DNA of 64,000 nucleotides. Origin: Flavobacteriales bacterium (GTDB lineage Bacteria > Bacteroidota > Bacteroidia > Palsa-965). Location: contig JBEIPA010000008.1 in the NCBI GenBank assembly GCA_040377305.1, positions 32,001-96,000 of the forward strand, given 5' to 3'. A program made the translations under genes and the position numbers. The notes under the pieces were generated by a model, which was given only the letters and a program-made list of their open reading frames with translations, was not told the origin of the DNA and searched no databases. Shown here one piece after another: positions 29,445 through 38,781 of this stretch; position 1 is the first letter of the stretch, and each line of letters opens with the position of its first letter.

Positions 29445-31697
29445 TTACTCCTTAATTATCCGTTCCGAAGTCACGTAATTTCCGTGTTCATCGCGCACCA
29501 TGAGAATGTACATGCCGGTTGCGAACTCAGTAAGATCAATCTGATTATTCTTATTGAGAAATTGTCCCGACATGCAAACTTGTCCTGTGGAAGACAGTAG
29601 TTCATACGTGATCGTTTCTTCACCGAAGTTCACCACGTTCAAAACGCCCGACGTTGGATTCGGATAAACAGCAACTCCCGTTTGCTCCGGAGATTCATCA
29701 ACATCCGTAGGACAAATATTCCATCCTGCACAACCGCCCCACGTGTATGTGATCCACGGACCGTTTCCATTCGGGCAACGTCCATACGAATGATCCGATG
29801 CAAGAATTCCGAATGCGATACTATCAAGCACGACTCCTTGTGCGTTGCATAACAAAACGTACTCACCACCAGACGCCAGTTTGAAGTTGGCATGTATTTC
29901 TCCGGGATTTCCAGCATCCTCATCGGCCCATATTAATGCGAATCCGTTTGGAGGAATAACGTAAGATGGTAATGCGCATTTCAGATGATTTCCGGGATCA
30001 TCAGTGATGTACAAACCTTCGAGGTTGAGTGGAGTTCCAGTTGTGTTGAACAACTCAATCCAGTCTTCATGCGCGCCAGTTGCATCTGTGCAACCAATGA
30101 AATTATAGCTCACTAATTCATTCAGCACAACCTGACCCGCTGTAGCTGTACTAACCGAAACGTAATAATTGTAGAATTCATACTCTGCCCGTTCCGGTGA
30201 AAATATTCCGGCAGTGGGATTGTTTGCGTAGATGTAATACTGCATCAAAGGAGAAGTACCCGGCATTGCAGCACCATAAACTCCATCTGCTGCTACACCA
30301 TCGCCGTGAAGACCATCGTCGTACATCACCACCTTCGTGAATTTCTTCCAGATCTGATCGCGATAACCGAGAAAGACGGAATTAGCATTGACAACACTGC
30401 AGGTAATCCACGCAGTGTCGTTCAATACTATAGCGGCCGGTGTGGCAATGATATTCGTAATGGTTGGAGGAGTTGCCGTGAACTGAACTGTACCTTGCAG
30501 GTAAGTCTTACGCGGTTCCATAAGCGTAGTGATTCCCGGTATCATCCCGGTTGTAGTTGTAAGTCCGTTGAGAAACTGCCCGTACGTATAAAAGGGGTTG
30601 GGCTCTGCCTGCACAGAACTATCAATCAATGTCTGAAGTTGCATTGCGCGGAAATAATATGAACTGTCCGCAAAGAACTCATTCATAATCGTGCGTTCGT
30701 GTGCGATGTACTGACGATACGTAACACTATCGCTGAGCAAATTCATGATCAACGGGCGTGCACCATAATTGTAATGCAACATCGGTGTCATCGTTTGCAT
30801 GCTCGATACATTAAGATTGGATGTACCTGTATTCGTGAATCCACCGAAACACATATTCAGGTCCCACATAATCGCGTTGAAGCGTCCGTTATCATCACGA
30901 TACAGATAATAATTCTGAGAAAATGCGCCGGAGTACGAATCGAGATTTACGGTTGCGTTGTTGAATGCGATCATCCACAAAGCTCGGTCTATATCAAGTA
31001 TTGTATCGAGTTCAGCGTAGTTGTTCGCAAGTGTGTCACATAATCCAATCAAGTCCTTCCAGGCGTAGTCCGATTTCATTTCGTAACGCGTGTAGTAGTT
31101 GGCACTATCAGATCCGAGGTGAAGTAAATTCGGAACTTGTCCGCTTACAACATTTTGCGGTGTACACTTGAAAAATGAATTCGAAGAAGAATAGAAATGA
31201 TCGCTGTTGAATTCAGAATCGATGGATTGGGAATTGCTGAACAAGCCGTAATAGACACCGTTAATAGTTACGCGTGCGAAATTACACTGTGGTGCGGGCA
31301 TATAGTTGCGAACAATCTCATAGGCGAGCACTTCACGAACCATGCTCGGATCAGAATATCCGTTACCAAGCTTGATATCTTCGTATCCATCATAAGTCGC
31401 ACTTCCATGAATGTAGTCAAGTTTGATGTGTAAAGGATTTTTCGCACGACTGGAATCGTAGGAACTGTTTCCTTTGAACTTCACGCCTACGCTATCGTAC
31501 ACCACTCCGTTAATGACACACAGAGCTGCGAGTGTATAACCTTCGGCTCCTGCTTTTGCAGTATCCATCTGGTAATCCCAATTCGGTTGTGTAAAAGTGA
31601 TGTCGATTACCTGAATGGTATCAACCGCGTAAAAATTAGTCTGCGCTCCGAGCGTAATGCCTGACGCGCAGAGCAACGTGAATAGAAATTTCTTCAT
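29445..31697 (-). CDS. CotH-family kinase with lamin-tail domain and T9SS CTD
   Basis: VGVKFKGNSS, REVLAY, NYYLY, WDLN; VLNEL...DWIEL.N; YPNPT...GMYIL. Confidence 0.92.
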   Translation of the reverse strand: MKKFLFTLLCASGITLGAQTNFYAVDTIQVIDITFTQPNWDYQMDTAKAGAEGYTLAALCVINGVVYDSVGVKFKGNSSYDSSRAKNPLHIKLDYIHGSATYDGYEDIKLGNGYSDPSMVREVLAYEIVRNYMPAPQCNFARVTINGVYYGLFSNSQSIDSEFNSDHFYSSSNSFFKCTPQNVVSGQVPNLLHLGSDSANYYTRYEMKSDYAWKDLIGLCDTLANNYAELDTILDIDRALWMIAFNNATVNLDSYSGAFSQNYYLYRDDNGRFNAIMWDLNMCFGGFTNTGTSNLNVSSMQTMTPMLHYNYGARPLIMNLLSDSVTYRQYIAHERTIMNEFFADSSYYFRAMQLQTLIDSSVQAEPNPFYTYGQFLNGLTTTTGMIPGITTLMEPRKTYLQGTVQFTATPPTITNIIATPAAIVLNDTAWITCSVVNANSVFLGYRDQIWKKFTKVVMYDDGLHGDGVAADGVYGAAMPGTSPLMQYYIYANNPTAGIFSPERAEYEFYNYYVSVSTATAGQVVLNELVSYNFIGCTDATGAHEDWIELFNTTGTPLNLEGLYITDDPGNHLKCALPSYVIPPNGFALIWADEDAGNPGEIHANFKLASGGEYVLLCNAQGVVLDSIAFGILASDHSYGRCPNGNGPWITYTWGGCAGWNICPTDVDESPEQTGVAVYPNPTSGVLNVVNFGEETITYELLSSTGQVCMSGQFLNKNNQIDLTEFATGMYILMVRDEHGNYVTSERIIKE

Positions 31698-31707
31698 CAG
31701 CAATTTA

Positions 31708-32706
31708 TTACTCAACAACGAATTTTTCGACGCGCACGCTTCCTGAATTCGTCATGGAACGGATATAATAAACTCCACTCGCCAAAGTCTCAATATTCAA
31801 TTGCAATGAAGCCGTTGCCGACTTTACGTTCATTACTTCGCGTCCGGTGTAATCAACGATTGAAATGGTTCGCTGATCAACATAGCCGAATGTGAGATTC
31901 ACGGTTTCATTAGCTGGGTTCGGCACTACTGTAAAATTAAGCGAATTCGATTCACCGACTCCAACCGTGCTGCAAACATCACAGAAAGAGAAACACACAA
32001 TGGGAAGCATACTATCGCGTGGGGCAACTATTGCACGATAACCATTTGAATTTGCGCACCATGATGGCAAGTCCTCGATACCACCCACTCCAATACCATT
32101 CACAAACCAATACTCATGAGTTGTGGTCATGCCGCTATCCACATAATCGATGTACTCATGTACCACTCCGTCAAAAGTGAACATATAGGAAGCAGTTCCA
32201 ACAAAGGCGTTCATATCACTACGCAAATGAACACCGGTTGGATCTACGGAAGTTTCATTCGTCATGTCAACATAAAAACGAATCAAATTCTTTCCTGCGG
32301 GAGCATTTCCGCCGAAACGTACATCTGGTAAGACAAACGTGTCGTTAGAAAGTGAATCGAGGTAAAACCAACGGTTGTCGATGAAGTTATAATTCACACG
32401 CGATTCCAACGGAACAAACTCCTGCTGATATCCGTGGATTCCGTTTACGTATTTAAATTCGTAAAGCGCAAATGCAGGAATATCAACCACACACCAATAG
32501 ATGTTCGTATCGGCAACACCTTGTGTCATTGCAGTTGTTCCCGGATCCCAATCGGTAGCGAAACCAGCTTCATCCTGAAAATTGCCGGTAACCTGAATTC
32601 CCGTAGAATCCTTAGGCCACGATTCCATGTTTACACGAAACATAACTTTCTTCGCCGATAAGGTGAACGACGCGATAACGAATAAACAAATGAAAATTCT
32701 TTTCAT
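31708..32706 (-). CDS. T9SS cargo with two carbohydrate-binding-like (CBM48/X25-type) repeats
   Basis: FRVNM...GIQVTGNF...YEFKYVNG and FYVDM...GVHL...HEYWFVNG; CTD PNPA...GVYYIR. Confidence 0.72.
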   Translation of the reverse strand: MKRIFICLFVIASFTLSAKKVMFRVNMESWPKDSTGIQVTGNFQDEAGFATDWDPGTTAMTQGVADTNIYWCVVDIPAFALYEFKYVNGIHGYQQEFVPLESRVNYNFIDNRWFYLDSLSNDTFVLPDVRFGGNAPAGKNLIRFYVDMTNETSVDPTGVHLRSDMNAFVGTASYMFTFDGVVHEYIDYVDSGMTTTHEYWFVNGIGVGGIEDLPSWCANSNGYRAIVAPRDSMLPIVCFSFCDVCSTVGVGESNSLNFTVVPNPANETVNLTFGYVDQRTISIVDYTGREVMNVKSATASLQLNIETLASGVYYIRSMTNSGSVRVEKFVVE

Positions 32707-32725
32707 AATAATCTGGTCTTTTATA

Positions 32726-34420
32726 TTATTTATTCAGTGCTATGCGACGTGAAATAACACCCGCATTCTCCGTGGTAATGTTCACGAAATAGACTCCGTT
32801 CTCAAACGCAGACATGTCTACGATTTTCTGGTTCTGAACTTTAATCACTGAACGGCCCGCAGCGTCAATCACTTCAACTGTGAAATTTCCATTTAGAACT
32901 TCTCCGTTCAGATTGAGAATTCCATTTGTTGGATTCGGATACGCCGTCAGATTGTGCGCCTGATCGAATGAAGCCACATCCATGATCAATGAATGATCGT
33001 AGAGTGTTGAATAACTCAACCAACATCCGTTTGAATCGGTGACCTGAACTACATACGCACCTGTAACCGCAGCCGTGTGCGATTGGGAAGTTGCGCCCGG
33101 AATCAACACGCCGTCAACAAACCATTGGTAAGTTGTGGCAGCTGTTGAAGTCAACACATTTCCGTTTGAAGTGATTGTTGGAATCGCAGGAGCAGCGCTC
33201 GTAATCTGACAAGCGGAATAACGGAATGCCTGTGATACTGCTCCCGTTGCTGTGTACGACCAAATTGTGTTTCCTGCAGGATCAACTTCATACATCACAC
33301 CGCTCATTGCAAGACACACCAGCTGATTTCCGTTAGGAAGTTGCTGCGAATTGCCCATGTTCGATGTTCCGTTTGTGCATGTAAGTCGTGATGTGTAAGT
33401 AGCAGGCGCATAAGCAACCATTGAAGAATAAGAGTAATTAAATCCCGAATAAGGTGGCATGACCTGATCTACGCAGGAAATATTTGTGGAGATACCTTCG
33501 TTATTTAATGCGACAATGCGTCCTGCGTTCGGACAATCCTGTGGAATCCAATGTGCGTCGTGTATCACATCAAAATTTGCGATACCAGTATGATCATAAC
33601 GGGTAGGATTTCCCCAGCGATAAAGAAAATCTCCTCCTTTGCCGCTGCGTCCGCCTGAATGGCTTGCTGCTTCTGCAGTAGTGGTACTGTGATCAATCAC
33701 ATAAAATTCATTCGTGTTGTGTGCACTTACAACAATCTGATCCAACATGGGGTTGTAATCGATTCCGTTCATGTGCCAGAAATCCTTCGTCTGCGAGGAA
33801 ATCGTTACAGCGTTGATATCATACAACTCCGGATGATCTGCAACATTCGTCACATAGTTCCCGTCATTTGCGTCATCATCCTGACACAAGTGATCCCAGA
33901 GATGCCATTCCCAAACAATCGTGCCGGTTGTAGTTCCGGTTGGCTGTACTTCGACAATGTGATCCGGCCAATGTGTGCCATTGTAATTTGAACCCGCAGC
34001 AGTTGCTGCTGCTGCATTTTTCAGTTCATAAGCGATGAGGAGCACATTTCCATTGGGCAAACAGCAAATATCGTGGTGAGCACAATACGTGGTTGTTGAA
34101 TACGTGTAATCCCACAATATCGTTCCGTTCCAATCCACTTTCTGTACGCGACCAGACATGCCGCCACCTGCAAAAACATTATTTGTTACATCAACGGTGC
34201 GAAGTAGAACTCCGCCAGGTAACATATAATTCGAATATGCAGTTGTTCCGGAAAGTCCAGTCCAGGAATGATATACTGCGTTGGTTGTATCACGGAGACG
34301 AACAGTCGTACTACCATTGATACCAATCAACGTGTACTCACCCCATTGTTGTGCGTTCACATTAGAAAAGCCCAATGCACAAATTGCAAGGGCCAGAAAT
34401 TTGCGGCCAGGAAAATTCAT
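32726..34420 (-). CDS. Arylsulfotransferase (ASST)-family beta-propeller with T9SS CTD
   Basis: HHD..LPNGN, IVWEW, WHMNGIDY, YRWGNP, HDAHW; CTD YPNPT. Confidence 0.88.
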   Translation of the reverse strand: MNFPGRKFLALAICALGFSNVNAQQWGEYTLIGINGSTTVRLRDTTNAVYHSWTGLSGTTAYSNYMLPGGVLLRTVDVTNNVFAGGGMSGRVQKVDWNGTILWDYTYSTTTYCAHHDICCLPNGNVLLIAYELKNAAAATAAGSNYNGTHWPDHIVEVQPTGTTTGTIVWEWHLWDHLCQDDDANDGNYVTNVADHPELYDINAVTISSQTKDFWHMNGIDYNPMLDQIVVSAHNTNEFYVIDHSTTTAEAASHSGGRSGKGGDFLYRWGNPTRYDHTGIANFDVIHDAHWIPQDCPNAGRIVALNNEGISTNISCVDQVMPPYSGFNYSYSSMVAYAPATYTSRLTCTNGTSNMGNSQQLPNGNQLVCLAMSGVMYEVDPAGNTIWSYTATGAVSQAFRYSACQITSAAPAIPTITSNGNVLTSTAATTYQWFVDGVLIPGATSQSHTAAVTGAYVVQVTDSNGCWLSYSTLYDHSLIMDVASFDQAHNLTAYPNPTNGILNLNGEVLNGNFTVEVIDAAGRSVIKVQNQKIVDMSAFENGVYFVNITTENAGVISRRIALNK

Positions 34421-34548
34421 TTCAGTTTGGATTTTGTAAACTAAAGATCAAGAAACCTTTAAGTCTTGCTAAATTTAATAGGTAAATCCGGACTTTTAGA
34501 GGTAAAAGTGCGAGATGTGCAGGCTTACTTTACAACTGGTTAATATGC

Positions 34549-35244
34549 CTATTGTTTGTACACCGCATAGAACTCATCTTCATAGCTAGCCCCTAATGGA
34601 ACCTGGACGTTGGGTAGGCAAACCTGCTTGTTCCTTACCGATTGAATCTTCTGCAAAGGCACGATAAATGAACGGTGAACCCGGAAAAACGCCGAATTTG
34701 GTAAGCGTTCGAGGATCTTTTTCATGGTCATGCGCGCAACCACCATTTTCCCCGTATCGAGGTGGATTTTGATATAATCATCCAGTCCTTCGATATACGC
34801 GATGTCCGTAAAATTGATCTTGATCAGACTATAGTCAGCTCGCACCAGCATGTGGTTCGCTCCTTTGTCCTCAGAAGAACGCATCAACTCAGCGAGCTGA
34901 TTCACTTTTTCAACAGCCTGAACAAAACGCTCGTAAGAAAATGGCTTAAGAATGTAATCTGCAGCTTTGAGGTTGAATCCTTCAACAGCATACTCTGCAT
35001 GTGCCGTTGTGAAAATAACCTGTGTATTCTCCGGAATCTCCTTGAACAATTCGAGCCCGGAAACAGAAGGCATGTTGATGTCCAGAAACACCAGATCGAC
35101 AGGAAACTTTTTTAGATGCCGAATTGCTTCCGTAGGTTTCGTGAAAGTTTTTTGCAGCTCAACCAATCCGCAGCGGGATGCAAACTCAGTGATAATACTC
35201 AGCGCAGGTGGTTCGTCGTCGATGGCAATAGCAGATAGTTTCAT
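34549..35244 (-). CDS. LytTR-family response regulator
   Basis: DDEP, FLDINMP, FTTA, KPF; LytTR FFRVHRSFIV. Confidence 0.95.
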   Translation of the reverse strand: MKLSAIAIDDEPPALSIITEFASRCGLVELQKTFTKPTEAIRHLKKFPVDLVFLDINMPSVSGLELFKEIPENTQVIFTTAHAEYAVEGFNLKAADYILKPFSYERFVQAVEKVNQLAELMRSSEDKGANHMLVRADYSLIKINFTDIAYIEGLDDYIKIHLDTGKMVVARMTMKKILERLPNSAFFRVHRSFIVPLQKIQSVRNKQVCLPNVQVPLGASYEDEFYAVYKQ

Positions 35245-36275
35245 AAATCTATTTCTAGGTTCACAAGATATTCCTTATCAAAGCGGCCGGAATTCAGCGT
35301 ATGTTTTCCGGGATATCCCATTTTCAATCGCTGTGCGGCATTCTCCATACCGTGACCACTCTTGTATTCGTCACTGTAATCAACACGCACAATTTTATTC
35401 TTAACGAACATCGTCAATCGCGATTGCTCAATGGTTATCTGAATGTTGATGTAGCTTTCTTCCTCCGGATTTACACCGTACTTAAACGCGTTCTCTACAT
35501 ACGGAATCATCACCAAGGGCGCAATCTGCTTATTTCCTGCTTCACCGTTCACATGATATTCAATAGAAACCGTTTGCCCGAGGCGTATTCGTTGCAGTTC
35601 AACATAATTACTCACGTAATCAATTTCTTTCTCGAGGGGAACGCGATCGTTGTGTGCTTCGGTTGTAACATAACGCATCATCGCCGACAATTTCAAAACG
35701 GCTGTTGGCGCGTGTTCAGATCTGGTAATGGCGAGCGAGTAAATACTGTTGAGTGTATTGAACAAAAAGTGCGGATTGATTTGTGCTTTCAGATAAGAAA
35801 GCTCGGCATCCACTTTGCCTTGTTCCGTTTTGCGAAGTCTATCGTAAATACTCAACAACAATGCTATACTTATAACCATTGCAAAGCGCACAATGTTGCG
35901 TTCCATGGCATACACTAAAGGCGGTCCATCCCGACGCGGAGCTTCGTTCGGAACCGGAGGGTGCATTTCTGTTAGATGCAATGGAGGTTTTCCTTTAACT
36001 AACAAGGGAACACCAGCAACAAGTCCGAAGCACAGCAACACAGTAATTCCATAAATCACGTATTCCTTCGAGTGAAAAAACTTAGGAATGAAGTGATAAT
36101 AGTGTGCATAGAATACGCCGAGTAACAAAACGTACGCGAGAAGATCGCGTCGAAATCCGCCAACTTCCATCAGCCGGAAGCTTAGATCGAAGTCCGGAGA
36201 AAATACCACCGGCACTGCGAGAAAGCACAGCGAAGCAAAAACGTGCAAAAGGATTTTTCCCGTACGGGACTTCAT
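35241..36275 (-). CDS. LytS-type sensor histidine kinase
   Basis: TM helices; LKAQINPHFLFNTLN; ENAFKYG; G.GM.N. Confidence 0.95.
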   Translation of the reverse strand: MKSRTGKILLHVFASLCFLAVPVVFSPDFDLSFRLMEVGGFRRDLLAYVLLLGVFYAHYYHFIPKFFHSKEYVIYGITVLLCFGLVAGVPLLVKGKPPLHLTEMHPPVPNEAPRRDGPPLVYAMERNIVRFAMVISIALLLSIYDRLRKTEQGKVDAELSYLKAQINPHFLFNTLNSIYSLAITRSEHAPTAVLKLSAMMRYVTTEAHNDRVPLEKEIDYVSNYVELQRIRLGQTVSIEYHVNGEAGNKQIAPLVMIPYVENAFKYGVNPEEESYINIQITIEQSRLTMFVKNKIVRVDYSDEYKSGHGMENAAQRLKMGYPGKHTLNSGRFDKEYLVNLEIDL

Positions 36276-36331
36276 AATCAAGGGTGTAGCCTCATAAAGT
36301 TAGTCATGCAAAACTATCTGACAATAGAAGT

Positions 36332-36381
36332 GCGGTAAGTTGAATGTAATTAGCGGTGAAATAGAAGCGGAATCGGGTAAA
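36332..36381 (-). promoter_or_regulatory. Putative LytTR direct-repeat boxes
   Basis: GGT(A/G)A cores at 36334, 36355, 36376 (21-nt period); related GGTAAA cores at 34481 and 34501. Confidence 0.5.
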
Positions 36382-36456
36382 CAACTCGTGTATTAAAAAA
36401 ATGAACCGTTCCAACTCTGTAATCACCCCCATTCTATAATTCCTACATTTGATACG

Positions 36457-37920
36457 ATGCGAATCCGCAACTTGTCAGAAACAGCCATACCACCACGTTG
36501 GTTAATTGCATCTCTGCTGGCTGTCGGTATACTACTTTCAGTTTACACGATTGTCAGAGCTGTCAGGATTGAAATGACTATCGACGAGCTCCACTCACTG
36601 GAACACTACGCGAACACGTTTCAGCTTTACCCCGAGCAGTACGGAATCTGGAGTGCGAACCATCATTGGTTGAATTCTTTGAGCATGCGCTGTTCGTTGA
36701 TTCTATTCGGTGACTCTCCACTTTCCCTGCGTTTACCAAATCTGATTGCGCACATTCTCTTCCTATGGTTTACCGCCCGGATCACCTTGCGTTTGCGCGA
36801 CGATATCTTCGCGGTGGCACTATTTGCATTTCTAAATGCCCATCCTTACATGCTCGACTTCTTTTCCCTGGCGAGAGGTTACGGATTGATGTTAGGCACA
36901 ATGGCGGGTAGTATTTATTATCTGCTCTGCTTCGTCGAAAAAAAGAAAACAAAGCTTCTCGTTTACTCGCTGTTGTTCGGCTCATTTTCAGTCCTCTCGA
37001 ATTTCGTCATGCTCAACTTTTTCTTCGTCGTGCTAGCGATCATCTTCATTGCGTTCTTTGCGGACAAAGAGTTGCGCACCAAGTCAAACTTCATTTTTGT
37101 CCTCGTGTTTCCTGTCGGGCTTCTCACCCTCGTCCTTCCTCACATCAGTCAACTGCAGAGCAATGACAGCCTGGATTTTGGATTTACCTCACTTTGGAGT
37201 CAGACGATAGCTGGTCTCTGTTGGGGCATGTTGTATGATGCTCCATACGCTGGCGAAAATTCATTTGCGTCTTCTCAATTACCAATCGTAGTCCTTTTCG
37301 TCGCCGTGCTGGTTTCAGGAGTTATGTTAGTCCGCAAATACAAACTGCAAGGCTACCTGACTTCCTTCCACGGAATTGCGCTTCAGCTACTAATTGGCGT
37401 CATCGTCTTAATGCTCCTGCAATATTATGCTCTTGACTCAAGGTATCCGCCGGCCCGAAGTTCCTTGTTTCTCTTCTTTTTCTTCTTGTTGGCGATTGCA
37501 GCGTCCATTCAATTTGTCAGAGTGAATGAAATGGTCAGAAAAACTTTACTGCTTGTGTTTACTGTTCTGGTTGTCTTACATTTCTTCACTTGCTTCAATC
37601 TCCGTGGTGTTTATGAATGGAAACAAGCCAGCGGCTCACGTGATGCCATCGCCATTATTGTGAAGGAGCGTGCACAGATCAACGGTACAGGTGAAGTAGT
37701 TCTGATTTCAGGCAACATTTCAGGACCTTCACTTCGCTGGCTTGCAGATCAACAGGAATTAAACTGGCTCAGGATTATTGAACACGGAAGTGAAGAACAG
37801 CCCCCGAATGGCGACTACTATTTCGAAGAAGTACAGTTTACACCATTTCACTCCACGAATGACTGGGTTCTATTGAACGATGATCCGTTTGCGCACAATA
37901 AATTGTACAAGGCTAAGTGA
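36457..37920 (+). CDS. GT-C fold (GT39/ArnT-like) membrane glycosyltransferase
   Basis: TIDE loop, ANHH.LNS, SLRLPN, ARGY; many TM helices. Confidence 0.8.
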   Translation: MRIRNLSETAIPPRWLIASLLAVGILLSVYTIVRAVRIEMTIDELHSLEHYANTFQLYPEQYGIWSANHHWLNSLSMRCSLILFGDSPLSLRLPNLIAHILFLWFTARITLRLRDDIFAVALFAFLNAHPYMLDFFSLARGYGLMLGTMAGSIYYLLCFVEKKKTKLLVYSLLFGSFSVLSNFVMLNFFFVVLAIIFIAFFADKELRTKSNFIFVLVFPVGLLTLVLPHISQLQSNDSLDFGFTSLWSQTIAGLCWGMLYDAPYAGENSFASSQLPIVVLFVAVLVSGVMLVRKYKLQGYLTSFHGIALQLLIGVIVLMLLQYYALDSRYPPARSSLFLFFFFLLAIAASIQFVRVNEMVRKTLLLVFTVLVVLHFFTCFNLRGVYEWKQASGSRDAIAIIVKERAQINGTGEVVLISGNISGPSLRWLADQQELNWLRIIEHGSEEQPPNGDYYFEEVQFTPFHSTNDWVLLNDDPFAHNKLYKAK

Positions 37921-38007
37921 ACTTTTCAAAAGTTGAGCGAAACTGCCGATTGCAACCGCTATGAACCCAGGCTTCAATCGAGCCCTCATCAAACTTTGGA
38001 AAAGTTT
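37919..38007 (+). repeat. REPIN-like element, left flank of RAYT
   Basis: AACTTTTCAAAAGTT...AACTTTGGAAAAGTT terminal inverted repeats; homologous to the reverse complement of 38693-38780. Confidence 0.85.
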
Positions 38008-38009
38008 TG

Positions 38010-38618
38010 CTAATATTCCTCATCATCAAGCGAAGGCGGCAACTTGTGAAAAGCTCGAAAATTCTCTGCGTTGTCAAACCAATCAATCACTTCCTGTGCA
38101 CACTCGGAATGACCAGCCAGAATTGCATTGTAAGAAGATTGCATCCAGCCTTCAGGGCTATCGCTCAAGCCTGCTTCAACCGGGTTATTGTGAATATAAT
38201 GTACCAGCTTTTTCAAAAACGAGTCAACCTTCACGTGTTTTCGCTTGAAGTTCTTCATAAACAAGCTTCCCATTCGGAACTGTTGTTTATTAAAAGACTG
38301 GGTATAAGAACTAAAGAGGTTACTGAACTGTTTGCTGATAAACTTCTCCGGATCAGTTTTAAACTTAACTACTAACTGCTCTCCGTTCGTTTCCATGGAT
38401 TCCAGATAAAGAGAGATTTCTTCGATGCTCTTCACTTGAATTAAATAATGAATATGATTCGGCATTAAGCAGTAACAATACGTCTTCACAAATGGACCGA
38501 TGTAATGCTTGTACTTCGCTTCGAAGAATACATAGTTATTCTTCGTCAGAAATATTTTCTCAGAACCGTTCGCACGATTGTAAACGTGGTAATAATGTGT
38601 GGGCTCAAGCGGGATCAT
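38010..38618 (-). mobile_element. REP-associated tyrosine transposase (RAYT, Y1 HUH)
   Basis: YYHVYNR, YCLMPNHIH (HUH), FN...GSLF...F, YIHNNPVEAGL, W..SSY. Confidence 0.92.
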
Positions 38619-38692
38619 CAAACGAAACTAGGAAATAAACGAAGACGGTTGTGCTGAATAATTCGCTTATGCCACCTGGTTATTTCCTCGAT

Positions 38693-38780
38693 AACTTTTC
38701 CAAAGTCCGATGAAGGCAAACATCCAGCTTTGGGTAATCTCGTTCGAATCAAGTTTATCGCCCAACTTTGGAAAAGTTCG
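38693..38780 (-). repeat. REPIN-like element, right flank of RAYT
   Basis: AACTTTTCCAAAGT...AACTTTGGAAAAGTT; inverted homolog of 37919-38007. Confidence 0.85.
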
Positions 38781-38781
38781 A

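Noticed and set aside
38010-38618. IS200/IS605 TnpA with TnpB
   Set aside because: No tnpB nearby; length, motifs and flanking repeats fit RAYT.
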